A stretch of DNA of 64,000 nt from a virus (lineage: Duplodnaviria; Caudoviricetes). The notes under the pieces were generated by a model. That model had not been told where the DNA came from. It worked only from the letters and a program-made list of their open reading frames with translations, and ran no database searches. Below, piece by piece: positions 1 through 9,087 of the stretch (positions within the stretch are counted from its first letter, which is position 1; each line of letters starts with the position of its first letter). Where the stretch lies: positions 32,001 to 96,000 of IMG/VR virus record IMGVR_UViG_3300028886_000058, one strand, 5' to 3'. Made by a program: the position numbers and the translations under genes.

Positions 1-6
1 ACCATA

Positions 7-28
7 CCGTTTATTGCGACCTTTAAGT
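7..28. repeat. Putative recombination site A (CC-GTTTATT-GCGACC-TTTAAGT)
   Basis: Near-identical to 4550-4571. Overlaps the stop codon of ORF 23..979. Confidence 0.5.
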
Positions 29-979
29 TGATAGGCATTGCACCTTAAACTCCGCAAGCTGTTCCGCTGTCATGTTAATCGGCAAGACAGCCCCAGAATC
101 ATTTGGATCTGTTTTCCACACAACAACCACAGCGTTATATCCGCTTGGCACTTCAAACTCAAGATTGTTTTCATACGACCAAGTGTAATCGCTTGCGGTT
201 TCTGTGTATCTCTTTCTGTCAGCGATATAATACTGCGATCCGTTTGCATTCTCGTTAGTATTATTTGCTCGTGTTGTTGTATCAAAGAATATTGCTCTTG
301 CACCATAGCTTGCATTCAGACCGATGCATTTTATTTTTGCTGTCCCTGTCGGTATTTCCATAGGAACGGGATAACCAATGTTCTCATATACACGCTTTTG
401 ATTAGATCCTGCATCTCCATTTGTTAATTCTGTTGGAGTTGCCATTTGATAGTTATATCCGGAATCAGCTTTGTTTATTGCCATGCTTGCACAAAGCAGC
501 TCCCCGTCATAGCTTTGCACAGCGTTCATCATTGTCAAATAACCATTGTATTCTGTATGACCGGTGTATCCGATATTGCAGTTCGTCTTTGTGAAATTGT
601 TGTTTCCGCTTTGGTTCGGGTCTGTTAGCGTGTTTGCTATAACAATCCCTGTCAGGTATGTGTCTACACTTACAACAACGGAACATGTATCAGAATACGA
701 TCCACTTGTTGCATTAATTGTACAGGAACCTACACCAACTGCCGTGACAAGTCCGTTCGTTACTGTTGCCACGCTTTCATCAGAAGAACTCCATACAACA
801 GGGTCAACAGAATTTGACGGCGTTACCGTTGCAGACAGTAATGTCGTATCTCCTATTGTAGTTATTTCTGCTGAAGAAGGTGAAACATCAATTGCAGTAG
901 TATGCGCTCCGTCAAATGAAATGGTTGTCACCTTGTTTGTTGAAAAATCCGCGCCTTTAATAACCAAAGCCTTTGCCAT
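23..979 (-). CDS. Ig-like (Big_2) domain virion/fibre accessory protein
   Basis: N-terminal half has LSATVTPSNSVDPVVWSSSDESVATVTNGLVTAVGVGSCTINA, a typical Big_2 pattern. Likely start is ATG 979 after GGAGGGAG. Confidence 0.7.
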   Translation of the reverse strand: MAKALVIKGADFSTNKVTTISFDGAHTTAIDVSPSSAEITTIGDTTLLSATVTPSNSVDPVVWSSSDESVATVTNGLVTAVGVGSCTINATSGSYSDTCSVVVSVDTYLTGIVIANTLTDPNQSGNNNFTKTNCNIGYTGHTEYNGYLTMMNAVQSYDGELLCASMAINKADSGYNYQMATPTELTNGDAGSNQKRVYENIGYPVPMEIPTGTAKIKCIGLNASYGARAIFFDTTTRANNTNENANGSQYYIADRKRYTETASDYTWSYENNLEFEVPSGYNAVVVVWKTDPNDSGAVLPINMTAEQLAEFKVQCLST

Positions 980-981
980 GA

Positions 982-2976
982 TTACTCCCTCCAATCCAAC
1001 TTAATGAATCCGTCACCGATTTCGTTTTCATAAACAATTCTTCCGATTGCATCCGTTGCGCTGTTTATCACAACCATGCTACCGCTGGACAAACCCACAT
1101 AATCGCCAAGATTGAAGGATGTAATCCCAACCCTGTCCGTTCTGACATAACCGCTCACTTGGATGTATGCGTCTGTGCTGTCCTCATATACGACCACGCC
1201 ATGCGCCGTATCAGCACTTGTTGCTGTTCTCCACTTCGGGCCATTTTCAGTATCGGCGTACCACTCTACAACATCCCCAACGGAAAGGTCTGTCCTCGGA
1301 TCAATCACGATATCGCCTGTGTTATAAAGCATTCCGGTTGGAAGGTCATAAAGCGGAGATTTTCCACATACACCCATAACCCTTGCGTGTGAAACGCTGT
1401 CAGGCATTGTGCTTCTGATCCACATGAAGTCGCAATCTATGAACGTATACACACTTTTCCCGGGCTGGGTTTCTTCACTGATAGAAGAATCACCAATTCT
1501 GAACCCATGCCCTTTGCAATGCACAAGCCGACATTGCAATCTGTAATTCTGTACTGCACTTGCATGAAGACCCGCATTTTCTCCGAAGTCGCAATCAATG
1601 AACTCATAGTAACCACCACTTATCGGACATCCTGCCCCGTATGTGGTTTCCGGACTGTATGCAATGTTATACCCACGGAAGATGCAGTTTTTTACCAACC
1701 GTTTCAAATGCTTCGCCCCGTTGAACTGCCAATCATCATGCACACAGTAACGGAGATTTGTTGCGATCACAGTAAGGTTTTCAATGGAACTTGTCCCTTG
1801 CAGATTAAGTGTACTGATTTGTCCTCTGTATTTTTGCGTCCATTCTGTTGTATCAAGGTATCCATTCAGCACGATTTCGGAAGGATCACCAATTCCTACA
1901 AGGCTCATACCATTTAGCAGTTTCGGGCCGACAAAGCCTTCCTGTGTTGACGGGGAAGTAGGATCGTCATCGTCATGGATATTTGCGATCTCTTCGTCCG
2001 TATAATCGTCAAGCACATCATATGTGCCTGGATAGATTTCAATCCTGTACGGATTCAGCACATCATTCGCCGTCAAACCTATTGCTTCAAGGCAATCCTT
2101 CAGATTCGTATAATTGCCCGTCCCGTCCTTTTTGATTGTTACGACAGTAGGCTCAATCGGAACATCCCCAAGAACAGACAGCTCAAATGTGATATCCAGC
2201 GTTCGAGAAAATGCAGACGATGAATAAACACCGGAAATCGAATTACAATCCGTTGTTACAATGTGTTCATAATATGCAGAATCACCCCGGACAAAAGATG
2301 CGATTTCCTTGCTACCTTCATAATATGTGACGGGCGAACCATACTCCCACGGCTTTGCTCCGTATTCCATGTGCAGAACAACCTTCTGCCCTTTTTTGAA
2401 AGATCTGTTGATTGTCAACGATAGCGCCGTCCTGTTGAACGATCCTGTTACTGAATACGTTGTGTATCTCCGTCCGTCAAACTGCTTTACAATGAAACCA
2501 CCATCGGCAAACCTTGCAATAGCGTTCCCATTCGTGTCGGTAATGTCTATATCAGGATCAGTTTCTTCCGTAGCCTTGACAATTACATCTTGCGTCCCGG
2601 CATCCGAACTGTCAAAATTCTTTGTCTGAATATGCCCGCCAGCAAGACGCAGAATAACGTTTCCGTTTGCATCCGAAATATCAAGATCAACATCTGTTTC
2701 TGTGCTGTCTTTCTGTTCCGGCAAACCGTTAATTTCGTTCAATAAATTGCTATGATCCGTCGCATGTTTGTCAGCACTAACTACCTTATCGGTATCTCCA
2801 ATACCAGCTGTGTCGTCAATTTCAACACCGCCATTCTGATCCATCCAAACAGGATTCAGACTATTATTAAGTCCGAGCACCTGACCTTCAGTCCCTACTG
2901 TGGCAGGCGCATTAAGTTTTTTTATAATATCTTTATAAAGATCTCCGCTTAATTTAATAGATCCTGTTACTGCCAT
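982..2976 (-). CDS. Tail fibre/spike protein with pectin-lyase-like beta-helix C-terminal region (possible depolymerase)
   Basis: N-terminal fibre module IDDTAGIGDTDKVVSADK. VVTIKKDGTGNYTNL...IEIYPGTY is the usual cap of right-handed beta-helix enzymes, followed by IENLTV/VKNCIF/FIDCDF rungs. Confidence 0.6.
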   Translation of the reverse strand: MAVTGSIKLSGDLYKDIIKKLNAPATVGTEGQVLGLNNSLNPVWMDQNGGVEIDDTAGIGDTDKVVSADKHATDHSNLLNEINGLPEQKDSTETDVDLDISDANGNVILRLAGGHIQTKNFDSSDAGTQDVIVKATEETDPDIDITDTNGNAIARFADGGFIVKQFDGRRYTTYSVTGSFNRTALSLTINRSFKKGQKVVLHMEYGAKPWEYGSPVTYYEGSKEIASFVRGDSAYYEHIVTTDCNSISGVYSSSAFSRTLDITFELSVLGDVPIEPTVVTIKKDGTGNYTNLKDCLEAIGLTANDVLNPYRIEIYPGTYDVLDDYTDEEIANIHDDDDPTSPSTQEGFVGPKLLNGMSLVGIGDPSEIVLNGYLDTTEWTQKYRGQISTLNLQGTSSIENLTVIATNLRYCVHDDWQFNGAKHLKRLVKNCIFRGYNIAYSPETTYGAGCPISGGYYEFIDCDFGENAGLHASAVQNYRLQCRLVHCKGHGFRIGDSSISEETQPGKSVYTFIDCDFMWIRSTMPDSVSHARVMGVCGKSPLYDLPTGMLYNTGDIVIDPRTDLSVGDVVEWYADTENGPKWRTATSADTAHGVVVYEDSTDAYIQVSGYVRTDRVGITSFNLGDYVGLSSGSMVVINSATDAIGRIVYENEIGDGFIKLDWRE
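2726..2747. repeat. Putative recombination site B (CC-GTTAATT-TCGTTC-AATAAAT), inside ORF 982..2976
   Basis: Imperfect inverted 7-bp arms around a 6-bp spacer. Encodes LLNEING on the minus strand. Matches site D. Confidence 0.5.
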
Positions 2977-2992
2977 ATTCTAATCACCTTCC

Positions 2993-4465
2993 TTATTCAG
3001 GGTTAACGTCAGTAATAAACAGCGTTATTGAACCACTTGGTGCCCCCGGCAAAATCATTATGGAAATGGCTACATTCGAGCTGTTCAGCGTATAGCTAAG
3101 ACTTGTATAGTACTTTTCTGTAGCGCTGTTATATCCGATCACGTTTGACTTGTCAGACAGCCTATTCCTTACAAGGTTAACGCCCACATTTGCGTACCTC
3201 GGTGTGTCGCCAGAGTTAGCCATAACTGGAACAGTAACACTAATTACGTTCGTGTTGTCTTTCCATATAGGATTCCCGAAAGTATTTAACGAGAGAAACT
3301 GACCCGTTGTCCCTGCAACAGAAGGCGCATCAAGCTTACCGCTGATGTCTGGTATATCACTCGAATCGGCTTTATCAGATAATTCGCTTACAATCTTATC
3401 TGCACTCCAAATCTTATCAGTGTCACCAGATCCAGCCGTATCATCTATTGGAATGGAAGGGATGTCTGTAATTTTTGCTAGTTTTGTCCCACCAGAACTA
3501 TCGTCGTTACATCCGACATACACATCACCGGAAAGTCGTTCATTACCGTTCCAGTCAAGTGTACGGGCATTCTTTTTTGCTGATGAAGCTGATCCTTTAC
3601 CAACAATCTCTATATAATTTCCTCTATTAGAAGCTGAAGCCGTTGATGGGTCTGCAATGTTATATGATCCAAATGCATGCTGATATGCATGGTTCGCTAC
3701 TGTACCCATTCCTTCAGCATGTGAATATGTTCCGCTTGCGGTTGTAGTATATCCTTCTGCATGAGCAGCGGTTGCAGTCGCTTTAGTAACATATCCCTCT
3801 GCATGTGAATATTTTCCACTTGCCGTCGTAGCCATTCCTTCTGCGTGAGAATATTGTGCTGAAGCAGTCGTTGTGCCGCCTTCAGCATGTGCTCCTTCAG
3901 CAGATGCTGTTGTTGAAGTGCCTTCTGCGTGTGCTCCATCTGCAGTAGCGGATGCTCGATGTCCTTCTGCATGAGCTCCATAAGCAGAAGATCCAGATCC
4001 AGAATTCGCTCTAGTTTGATATCCTTCAGCGTGGTCAGCTTTTCCCAACGCACCACGTCCTGTATCTCCTATGCCTTCAGCGTGGCTGTATTCACCAGAA
4101 GCTATAACAGATGAACCAAACGCAAAGCTACCAGTTCCTGTGTTTCCTGATCTTCCACGACTAAGCGTAGTGTCTAAAATAGTATTTTCTTTATCTGCTT
4201 TGTTGGAAATATCTACAGTTGTCCAAGATCTTCCGCCTTCACCATCTGTAGAAAGTACCTGACCATTAGTTCCTTCTTCGGAAGGTTCATTTATTTTTGA
4301 ACTAAGTTCGTTATATGTTTTGTCTGCAGACCAGACTTTGTCTGTATCTCCTTGACCAGATTCGTCGTCAATAATTGCGACTGAAGTTTCTGATATTCTT
4401 TTACGGAGATCTTTATATAATACTTGTCCGTCTGCAAGAGTCATTAATTTTTTAAGTATATCCAT
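2993..4465 (-). CDS. Fibre/adhesin with YadA-like head (Hep/Hag-type) repeats
   Basis: About 10 tandem repeats of xHAEGxxTxAxx (mostly 14 aa) and two IDD..G.GDTDK.WSADK modules. Start ATG 4465 after GAGGTG. Confidence 0.7.
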   Translation of the reverse strand: MDILKKLMTLADGQVLYKDLRKRISETSVAIIDDESGQGDTDKVWSADKTYNELSSKINEPSEEGTNGQVLSTDGEGGRSWTTVDISNKADKENTILDTTLSRGRSGNTGTGSFAFGSSVIASGEYSHAEGIGDTGRGALGKADHAEGYQTRANSGSGSSAYGAHAEGHRASATADGAHAEGTSTTASAEGAHAEGGTTTASAQYSHAEGMATTASGKYSHAEGYVTKATATAAHAEGYTTTASGTYSHAEGMGTVANHAYQHAFGSYNIADPSTASASNRGNYIEIVGKGSASSAKKNARTLDWNGNERLSGDVYVGCNDDSSGGTKLAKITDIPSIPIDDTAGSGDTDKIWSADKIVSELSDKADSSDIPDISGKLDAPSVAGTTGQFLSLNTFGNPIWKDNTNVISVTVPVMANSGDTPRYANVGVNLVRNRLSDKSNVIGYNSATEKYYTSLSYTLNSSNVAISIMILPGAPSGSITLFITDVNPE

Positions 4466-4496
4466 ATGCTCACCTCGCATTATGTTATAAGAGCAT

Positions 4497-4524
4497 AAAA
4501 AATGGCAGTTTTACGGATCTGCCA
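4497..4524 (-). terminator. Probable intrinsic terminator
   Basis: Minus strand TGGCAG-atccgtaaaa-CTGCCA followed by TTTTTT. Confidence 0.55.
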
Positions 4525-4549
4525 ACCGAAATAAGTTAGTTATGTATTA

Positions 4550-4571
4550 CCGTTAATTGCGACCTTTTAAT
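4550..4571. repeat. Putative recombination site C (CC-GTTAATT-GCGACC-TTTTAAT)
   Basis: Near-identical to site A. Overlaps the stop codon of the small ORF 4567..4668. Confidence 0.5.
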
Positions 4572-4668
4572 TGCCAGAATGCCGCAGTAAAATAACTAAA
4601 CAGATTACACATTCAAGCAGAACGGTTGCAACCGCTCCCGTTATAATCCCACGGATAAAGTCCGTCAT
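4567..4668 (-). CDS. Small hydrophobic peptide, 33 aa (not in ORF track)
   Basis: MTDFIRGIITGAVATVLLECVICLVILLRHSGN. ATGA overlap with the upstream stop codon. One transmembrane-like stretch. Confidence 0.5.
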   Translation of the reverse strand: MTDFIRGIITGAVATVLLECVICLVILLRHSGN

Positions 4669-5003
4669 TCTTCGGTTTCCTCATTGGGTTCCGGTTCCGG
4701 GGGTGTCATGTCCGGGAAAGCACCCTTGCTGTCACGCATGATCTGCCGTCCGTCCGCACGGGTCAGAGTGACCGTCCACATGGCACGGTTGTTCGCCGTG
4801 AGGAAAGCAGATACACGGCTGTAGAATTCTGCCTGTGCAACTTCCAAAGCACGGGATTCGTCCCCGTTGGGGTTCTGCTCTGTTGCTCCATAGTTCCGTG
4901 AATCATAGTTCTTCGGATAGTCCGGTACAACGGACATAATCCCTTCCGGGTGAGAATCGGAAACAACCACCTGCGTTGCGTTTACTGTGAAAATGTTCCT
5001 CAT
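4665..5003 (-). CDS. Hypothetical protein in fibre cassette (possible fibre chaperone)
   Basis: 112 aa, RBS GAAAGGA, acidic PE-rich C-terminus. Confidence 0.6.
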   Translation of the reverse strand: MRNIFTVNATQVVVSDSHPEGIMSVVPDYPKNYDSRNYGATEQNPNGDESRALEVAQAEFYSRVSAFLTANNRAMWTVTLTRADGRQIMRDSKGAFPDMTPPEPEPNEETEE

Positions 5004-5025
5004 GTTTATTACCGTCCTTTCTGAT

Positions 5026-5691
5026 TTAAGTTACCGGAGCAACGTATGTCCCGTTCAATGTTTCATAGCCGAATTCTCCAGTACCATCGTTCGTCAAAAA
5101 TGTTCCAGTGATTATGTTGTAAACCCCGACTTTGTTGTCGGATTTTCTCATGCACGGGATAAATATCCCTTTCCCAACTACTTCAGCATATTTTAGTTTC
5201 AATCTCGTTGTGACTGAAGTTTTGCTGTTATAGTTGAATAATTGATACTGTTTAAGTGTTGGCGAATATCTGTCCCATCGACCTTCATATTCATACACAA
5301 CACCGTCAAAAGTATATGTTGTATTGATTGCGTTTGCTTCTACTTCATAAAATGTGTTGATATCCATTAGCGGTCTTGTGCCACTACCATCGCTAGCTCC
5401 TATATATATAGTTAGAGGTTTTTGTACGTATGGTGATTGTCTTGTTAATGATCCAATTCCGAGTGCCCACATACCCGTTCGTCCTGCAAAGATAGCAGAA
5501 TCTTCATTAGAACCTCCCAATGTGCAAGCAAAGGTAGCTCTTATAATATCATTCATGTCGGATTGGTAAGCATCCGTGTTTATGAAATGGTTTCCATTCG
5601 CTTCAATATATTTAAGTTCGACATATCCGGCAGGAAGCAAGCCCGTTTTCTGCATTGCCAATAACCGTCTGCGGATTCCGTTTACGTCCAC
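5026..5691 (-). CDS. Putative receptor/carbohydrate-binding beta-sandwich tail protein
   Basis: LPAGYVELKYIE..G...INT and FIPCMRKSD..VGVY...F.TN.GTGEF pattern recalled from Firmicutes phage tail modules. GTG start overlaps the end of the upstream gene. Confidence 0.5.
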   Translation of the reverse strand: MDVNGIRRRLLAMQKTGLLPAGYVELKYIEANGNHFINTDAYQSDMNDIIRATFACTLGGSNEDSAIFAGRTGMWALGIGSLTRQSPYVQKPLTIYIGASDGSGTRPLMDINTFYEVEANAINTTYTFDGVVYEYEGRWDRYSPTLKQYQLFNYNSKTSVTTRLKLKYAEVVGKGIFIPCMRKSDNKVGVYNIITGTFLTNDGTGEFGYETLNGTYVAPVT

Positions 5692-8579
5692 GATCCCGCC
5701 ACCCCCAGACATCCGTCCATGATGTTGATTTCATAGGTTGTGTTGGCATCCAAACTGGACGGATCGAATCCGTTCGCCCACCGCATTGTCATTCCTGTCG
5801 GTGGAGTAACTGTCAGAACTGTTGCCGTACTACCGGATTCAAATGTTACATCAATACACCCGGAAGACGGAACAACGATGGTCAAGGTTGAGACCTCGCC
5901 GCAGACGTATCTGACTCCGGCTTTCGCCGTGATGGACGGGGTAGTGCCGCTGACGGAAACAGGGGCATTGAGCATACTGCTGATTGCTGAAAGCGATTTC
6001 TCCGGGTATGTTCCAACTGTTACCGTATCATTCTTTAAGTCCTCTCCTGCCAACTTTGACAACCCATAATAAAGTGCATAGGTCAAATATGCTGGCATTA
6101 TAGGACATAACGAATTTGTCCCCTGTTTTATTTGATTAACGGTTGACCCTTCTACCTTGAGATTCCCGTTAGCATCAATATTTACACCTTTTGTTGCATC
6201 AATTTTAGCAACACCAAGAACAGAAGTCCCTGCAACAGGGACATTTGCAACACCCTGTGATACAACCGAAACATTATTAACCTTTACGTCCGAAACCCCA
6301 CCACCACCGGACGGTGTAGACCAAACAGGGTCAAGGTTGCTATCAAGGGAAAGCACCTGCCCCGCTGTCCCTGCGGTTTCCGGTGCATCCTGTTTGCCGT
6401 TTATTTGGTTCAATAAACTGCTATTCATATCAGTCAGTTTGTCGGCACTAAACGTTACATCCGTGTCTCCGGCTCCAGCAGTATCGTCAATGCGCGTTAC
6501 ACCGAGCATGCTCTGAATAGCGGATTTGGCTTCATCGGTATATGTGCCGACAGCATTGGAGGATGCGCTTTGAGTAGCATCACCTGCAGCCTTTGCTAAT
6601 CCATAAAATGCGGCCTCATGTTGTGTATTTGGAACAATAGGGCGTTTATTATTGGATGCGGGTGTTTTGATATCGCTACTTGTCGCAGGAGCAATATATA
6701 ACATATTATATGTGCCATTACGATATATGCCAGTTGTTGTACTTGAATTGTTTCCGGCACTTACAACACCAATTTGATTTAACCCGGCAAGAGGAATATT
6801 TGCCACGCCGATTTCATTAACAATGCTCGTGCCGTTAATCTGCACATCGCTAATTCCGTATATGTTTATTTGCCAATCCTGTGCCCACGGCAATTTCGAT
6901 AACATCAATGTGCTAAGACCACCAGACCTAACCGGATCAAACGCTGATCCCATAAAAGCAATAAATTGCCCAACGTTTGGTATATTTTCTATAACAGATA
7001 TCGGAAGCTCTGATTGAACATCATTGAGAACAGCTACAGCCTTGATCTTTACGCCATTATCGTGAGCAGTTACAATATCTGAGTCTGTCGTATCGCAAAC
7101 AACCGTGTAAATAGGTTCACCGGGTGGAACTACTCCGCTTCTCGACACAAGCGTAAACGTCACAGTAAGCCCGGGCTTATCTTCCTTGGTTGCGAGGGCA
7201 GTGTCTACGTAACCTTTATTGGCGGCATCTGTAGAAGCAGTTGGATTAGCAAGCTGTGCGATTTTCATGTTCTGAGCTGTATAAACACCGTTCATAGACA
7301 GCATTGGCTCAGTCTGCATTACTGGTATAGTTTCGCTTCCAGAAGAATGAGCCAAAACTATATAAATTATACCTTCAATAGTAACTGTTGTACTGACAAA
7401 GAATATATATGTGCCACGTTGTCTTAATCCAAATATTTGTGCTTTAAAACGTTGCCCGTCACCAACTATAATAGCTTCTATATTCTTTCCACTATCGTAT
7501 GCTTGTCCAATTTCTTCGATAGTCTTATCACAGGTTGCTGTATTATTACCAGTAATAGTATATGTTGCTATCAGATCGGGCTTATCTTCCTTCTCGGCAA
7601 GAGAAGTATTTACACTTGAGAATTCTGTAGTCAGTTTGTCAGCAGACCAAGTAGAGGTTGTATCTCCGGCTCCTCCGTTATCGTTTATGACTTCAAGAGA
7701 AACCGGGATATAAGTAAGTCGCCATGACGGTATGATTGAAGCGCCGAGTAATTCGATGTCGATAAATCCTTCTGAATTTACATCTATTACTCTGCCGCCA
7801 AACACCGCAAGAGTATAAGTCGGACCTCCACCGGGCAACGCTTGGGACTCCACATAAACGGTATTTAGCTCAGAAGGATAGCGCATACTATCATTTCCTG
7901 GTTCCAGAACGTTTGCGATAGCCTTTATACGCTTACCGACATTGTAAGCAGCACCTATTTCATTGAGAGTCCTGTCACACTCGACTTCTGCGGAGTCACC
8001 AGACTGGTCAGGTGTAATAGTAAACGTTACAACATACGGAGCATCCTCTTTTTCTGCAAACTCTGTAGTCAGCTTATTCGCAGACCATGCCCTGTTGGTA
8101 ACACCCGCTCCGGCTGTATCATCAATATAAGATGGTAGTTGCGAAAAAGGAATCTTTCCTTCTTCATCTAAAGTTGCAACACCGTTTGCAACACCTTTTT
8201 CTGATAAGTCTATTTTATTTAAAACTTGCGTTAAAATTTGAGAAGAAATATCGTCTCCAATGAATGGAAGATTATTTAATGGAGTGTTTCCATTTCCTAT
8301 TTTAACGCCTGGATAAGCGACATTATTTATAACATTTCTATCTGTATATATAACAATCTCACCAAGCTCTGGAGTGATTGATTGATTTTCCCAGTAAGTT
8401 GTTGTGTTAATATTCGTTTTTGACAATAGTAAATCAGCATAAGCCATATCGCCTTGTATTGTAATGCCGCCTAAAGAAGGTAGATTTCTCAATTCGTTAT
8501 AATCTGCCGATGCAACAAATGCAGATGTTCTTATTTTTATTTGAGAAGAATTTATTGGGTTGATATTAAATTTATCCAT
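5682..8579 (-). CDS. Modular tail fibre protein
   Basis: N-terminal GEIVIY...GVKIGNG...LPF motif, GVATLDEEGKIP motif, three KED.P..TF/Y..CDxT domains, three WSADK-type modules and two DV.(I/V)N..S.V/YGL.K modules. Confidence 0.7.
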   Translation of the reverse strand: MDKFNINPINSSQIKIRTSAFVASADYNELRNLPSLGGITIQGDMAYADLLLSKTNINTTTYWENQSITPELGEIVIYTDRNVINNVAYPGVKIGNGNTPLNNLPFIGDDISSQILTQVLNKIDLSEKGVANGVATLDEEGKIPFSQLPSYIDDTAGAGVTNRAWSANKLTTEFAEKEDAPYVVTFTITPDQSGDSAEVECDRTLNEIGAAYNVGKRIKAIANVLEPGNDSMRYPSELNTVYVESQALPGGGPTYTLAVFGGRVIDVNSEGFIDIELLGASIIPSWRLTYIPVSLEVINDNGGAGDTTSTWSADKLTTEFSSVNTSLAEKEDKPDLIATYTITGNNTATCDKTIEEIGQAYDSGKNIEAIIVGDGQRFKAQIFGLRQRGTYIFFVSTTVTIEGIIYIVLAHSSGSETIPVMQTEPMLSMNGVYTAQNMKIAQLANPTASTDAANKGYVDTALATKEDKPGLTVTFTLVSRSGVVPPGEPIYTVVCDTTDSDIVTAHDNGVKIKAVAVLNDVQSELPISVIENIPNVGQFIAFMGSAFDPVRSGGLSTLMLSKLPWAQDWQINIYGISDVQINGTSIVNEIGVANIPLAGLNQIGVVSAGNNSSTTTGIYRNGTYNMLYIAPATSSDIKTPASNNKRPIVPNTQHEAAFYGLAKAAGDATQSASSNAVGTYTDEAKSAIQSMLGVTRIDDTAGAGDTDVTFSADKLTDMNSSLLNQINGKQDAPETAGTAGQVLSLDSNLDPVWSTPSGGGGVSDVKVNNVSVVSQGVANVPVAGTSVLGVAKIDATKGVNIDANGNLKVEGSTVNQIKQGTNSLCPIMPAYLTYALYYGLSKLAGEDLKNDTVTVGTYPEKSLSAISSMLNAPVSVSGTTPSITAKAGVRYVCGEVSTLTIVVPSSGCIDVTFESGSTATVLTVTPPTGMTMRWANGFDPSSLDANTTYEINIMDGCLGVAGSWT
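6397..6418. repeat. Putative recombination site D (CC-GTTTATT-TGGTTC-AATAAAC), inside ORF 5682..8579
   Basis: Perfect 7-bp inverted repeat around a 6-bp spacer. Encodes LLNQING. Confidence 0.55.
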
Positions 8580-8583
8580 TTTA

Positions 8584-8952
8584 TCACCCCTCATTTGAAG
8601 CCCATGTGACTTCTCTTGTTAAGATAAATTGACCACATACTGTGGATTTTATAATGTTTTCATGAATCAACTCTATGTCAAATTCATAAGATTCATTTGA
8701 TTTACAAATTGGAAGATTGTTAGTGTCTTCTGGATTAATTTTAATTCTATAAGTTCCCGTATCGATTTTAGAAATTCCACCAGTACTTAACTTTTTTTGA
8801 ATAATAAAATTCTGATCGCTATATTTTTTCTTTACTGTAAAGAAAATTTCTTGAAAATCTATATCCATAATTTTATCAGGTTCTTCATCTATTACAGTAA
8901 ATTCTATATAATAAATATCTCCTCTAGGCATTGCAATTCTCATAACATTCAC
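8584..8952 (-). CDS. BppU N-terminal-like baseplate/fibre adaptor
   Basis: RGD...F.V, FFTVKK, I.PEDT..L, Y.FDIEL, G.F.LT.EVT pattern. Confidence 0.55.
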   Translation of the reverse strand: MNVMRIAMPRGDIYYIEFTVIDEEPDKIMDIDFQEIFFTVKKKYSDQNFIIQKKLSTGGISKIDTGTYRIKINPEDTNNLPICKSNESYEFDIELIHENIIKSTVCGQFILTREVTWASNEG

Positions 8953-8960
8953 CTCTTTTT

Positions 8961-8988
8961 AAAAGGGGAGGCGGTTTCCCGCCTCCCC
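8961..8988 (-). terminator. Intrinsic terminator
   Basis: 10-bp perfect stem GGGGAGGCGG/CCGCCTCCCC with TTTT downstream on the minus strand. Confidence 0.75.
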
Positions 8989-9087
8989 AGATCGTCACGT
9001 ACCAGTAGTAGCTGGTGCACCACTACCAGCCCAAGCAACATAACGACCCATCGCAGAATCAAAACAGCAACCTAAGTTGCATGAGTG

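Noticed and set aside
6826-6852. CCGTTAATC as a fifth recombination site
   Set aside because: Only one arm matches, and it is explained by the DVQING coding module.
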